This document shows, piece after piece, positions 62,634-64,000 of a DNA stretch of 64,000 nucleotides. Positions within the stretch are counted from its first letter, which is position 1. Each line of letters opens with the position of its first letter. Below the pieces are notes generated by a model. That model had not been told where the DNA came from. It did no database searches and saw only the letters and a list, made by a program, of their open reading frames with translations. Both the position numbers and the translations under genes were made by a program. Source of the stretch: Trypanosoma brucei (lineage: Eukaryota); NCBI GenBank assembly GCA_000002445.1, contig CP000067.1, forward strand, positions 640,001 to 704,000, given 5' to 3'.

Positions 62634-64000
62634 ATGATTCGGGATGCAGAGTTTTGGATAGAAGCGCGGCGGTTGAGCAATCGCGGGAACTCCATCTTTA
62701 CTACGCTACTTCCGCTTCTGCATTCTCGTCAGTTAGCTCTGGACTCTGGTGTGCAGGTAAATGAGATCAATCCCGCATGCAAAGAGGTTCCTTTGACAGA
62801 AAATTTGCAAAGGAAGGAGCCATACGAGGAAAATAAAACCCTTCAGCTGCCCAGCGCCACCGCACCACGGGGTTCGGTATCGGAGAGCACATTACGCGTA
62901 CTACAGCAGGCTATGATGTTTGCTGTCCCCATGTATGCCTTACGGTATCAAGTAACTGGAATGTCAATGAGTTCCAAGACAAGTGCAGTAGTAGATCGGG
63001 AAACGAAACAGGTGGCCACATTCGGAGCAGGGGACGGTGTACATATCCCGAATAATATTCGATGCCGCGGCTGCGCAGCAGGCGACAATTTCTTCGCAGT
63101 ACTGACCGACCAGGAGGAAGTGTGGGCCTCCGGTGGGCTGCATGTGCTGACGTGTGATGAAGGCACATTAACCGCCTCCCCACTCGGTAAATCCAATGAA
63201 ATGAAAAAAGTAGCATCCAAAGCCCTAATGGTGGTAGGAAACGGGCAGCGACTGTCGTGCCTTACCGAGTCTCTTTCGGTGCAGCCACTGTCAGTTGTAT
63301 TGAATCCGGTAACATCTATTTTCCCCTTTAGACGCATACGTTTCATGGACATGGGATATGGTGATGATTGCTATATGGTGGGAATGGATTCCGTGCTGTA
63401 CAAAACTGTTGTGTCGAGCCGTACGCTAGGAACGCCGCGGCGCATTATGACACTATCCCGAACCACTGTATCGCGTGTAGCAAGCGGTTCGGGTTTTTAT
63501 GTTTTTATTGATGAGAATGGGCAGTTGTACACCATTGGATGCAACAACAAAGGTCAGTTGGGTAATGGACAGAAGCAGCACGCGCGGCGAAGACCTTTTC
63601 TTCACCAGTCGTTGCGGCACCACTACTTTGTTATGGCCGCTGCAGGTAGTGGACACTCCTTAGCTCTAACTAGTAGTGGCATGGTGTATGGAGCGGGTAA
63701 CAATGAAAGTGGACAGTTGGGATTAGGCGAGCACGTGACTGAAGTGCTAACCTTCACTCCCATTCCTCTTCCTGCCAAGTGCACGGGAATTGCAGCAGGT
63801 CCCAAAGGCAGCATGTTTGCATGTGCCAACGGTTGCGTGTATACATGTGGTGCCAACGACCTAAGGCAACTTGGTTTGGATGTGGATGACCCGGTTGTTT
63901 ATAGACCGATGCCAATGCCTGCAGTCACATCAGGGGTGGAGGCATATTACATGGATTTTGGAGCGTATAGAAGCCCACCGGTGGCGGTTCTTAGGTCATT
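62634..64000 (+). CDS. RCC1-repeat (regulator of chromosome condensation-like beta-propeller) protein. The 3' end is truncated; the ORF runs off the window.
   Basis: I translated the frame by hand from the ATG at 62634 and it stays open to 64000. There is an upstream in-frame stop at 62406 and no earlier ATG. RCC1 signatures are NGQLYTIGCNNKGQLGNG, GSGHSLALTSSGMVYGAGNNESGQLGLG and GCVYTCGANDLRQLGLD. The supplied ORF track omits this ORF because it has no stop codon. Confidence 0.7.
   Translation, partial: MIRDAEFWIEARRLSNRGNSIFTTLLPLLHSRQLALDSGVQVNEINPACKEVPLTENLQRKEPYEENKTLQLPSATAPRGSVSESTLRVLQQAMMFAVPMYALRYQVTGMSMSSKTSAVVDRETKQVATFGAGDGVHIPNNIRCRGCAAGDNFFAVLTDQEEVWASGGLHVLTCDEGTLTASPLGKSNEMKKVASKALMVVGNGQRLSCLTESLSVQPLSVVLNPVTSIFPFRRIRFMDMGYGDDCYMVGMDSVLYKTVVSSRTLGTPRRIMTLSRTTVSRVASGSGFYVFIDENGQLYTIGCNNKGQLGNGQKQHARRRPFLHQSLRHHYFVMAAAGSGHSLALTSSGMVYGAGNNESGQLGLGEHVTEVLTFTPIPLPAKCTGIAAGPKGSMFACANGCVYTCGANDLRQLGLDVDDPVVYRPMPMPAVTSGVEAYYMDFGAYRSPPVAVLRS

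Noticed and set aside
1-64000. I searched for a prokaryotic-style novel defence or biosynthetic system: CRISPR repeats, toxin-antitoxin pairs, operon-like clusters of small genes, integrases or transposases.
   Set aside because: None is present. There are no direct-repeat/spacer arrays, no recombinase or transposase motifs, and no co-oriented small-gene cassettes. The genes are large, eukaryotic-type and functionally unrelated, as expected for a kinetoplastid polycistron.

Overview
This 64 kb window looks like nuclear DNA of a kinetoplastid, most likely Trypanosoma brucei, and not a prokaryotic locus. I found no defence island, CRISPR array, mobile element, tRNA or rRNA. I read it as one ordinary polycistronic housekeeping region: about 19 protein-coding genes, all on the + strand, separated by intergenic regions rich in polypyrimidine tracts and in (TA)n, (GT)n, (TTTA)n and (ATT)n microsatellites. 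The gene order is: a pseudokinase–B-box–LRR–dual-specificity phosphatase (a 'kinatase'), then a large hypothetical protein, OGG1, a coiled-coil protein, a membrane-anchored eIF2-alpha kinase, an ABCC/MRP transporter, a sirtuin, a small membrane protein, a NEDD8-like ubiquitin-like protein, another membrane protein, and a PLD-type cardiolipin synthase. From memory this order matches T. brucei chromosome 4 around Tb927.4.2500–2560, but I cannot verify that here. Downstream there are several hypothetical proteins, a Dbp10-like DEAD-box helicase, a TPR/poly-Glu/multi-IQ protein, and an RCC1-repeat protein that is cut off at the 3' edge of the window. I treat every minus-strand ORF as an antisense artefact. 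The points worth follow-up are domain-level oddities: tandem pseudokinase domains fused to an intact phosphatase, a ubiquitin-like protein that ends -RAG-C instead of -RGG, a sirtuin whose first zinc-binding Cys pair is degenerate, and a fold resembling a nucleotidyltransferase but apparently inactive. They are not a new multi-gene system.
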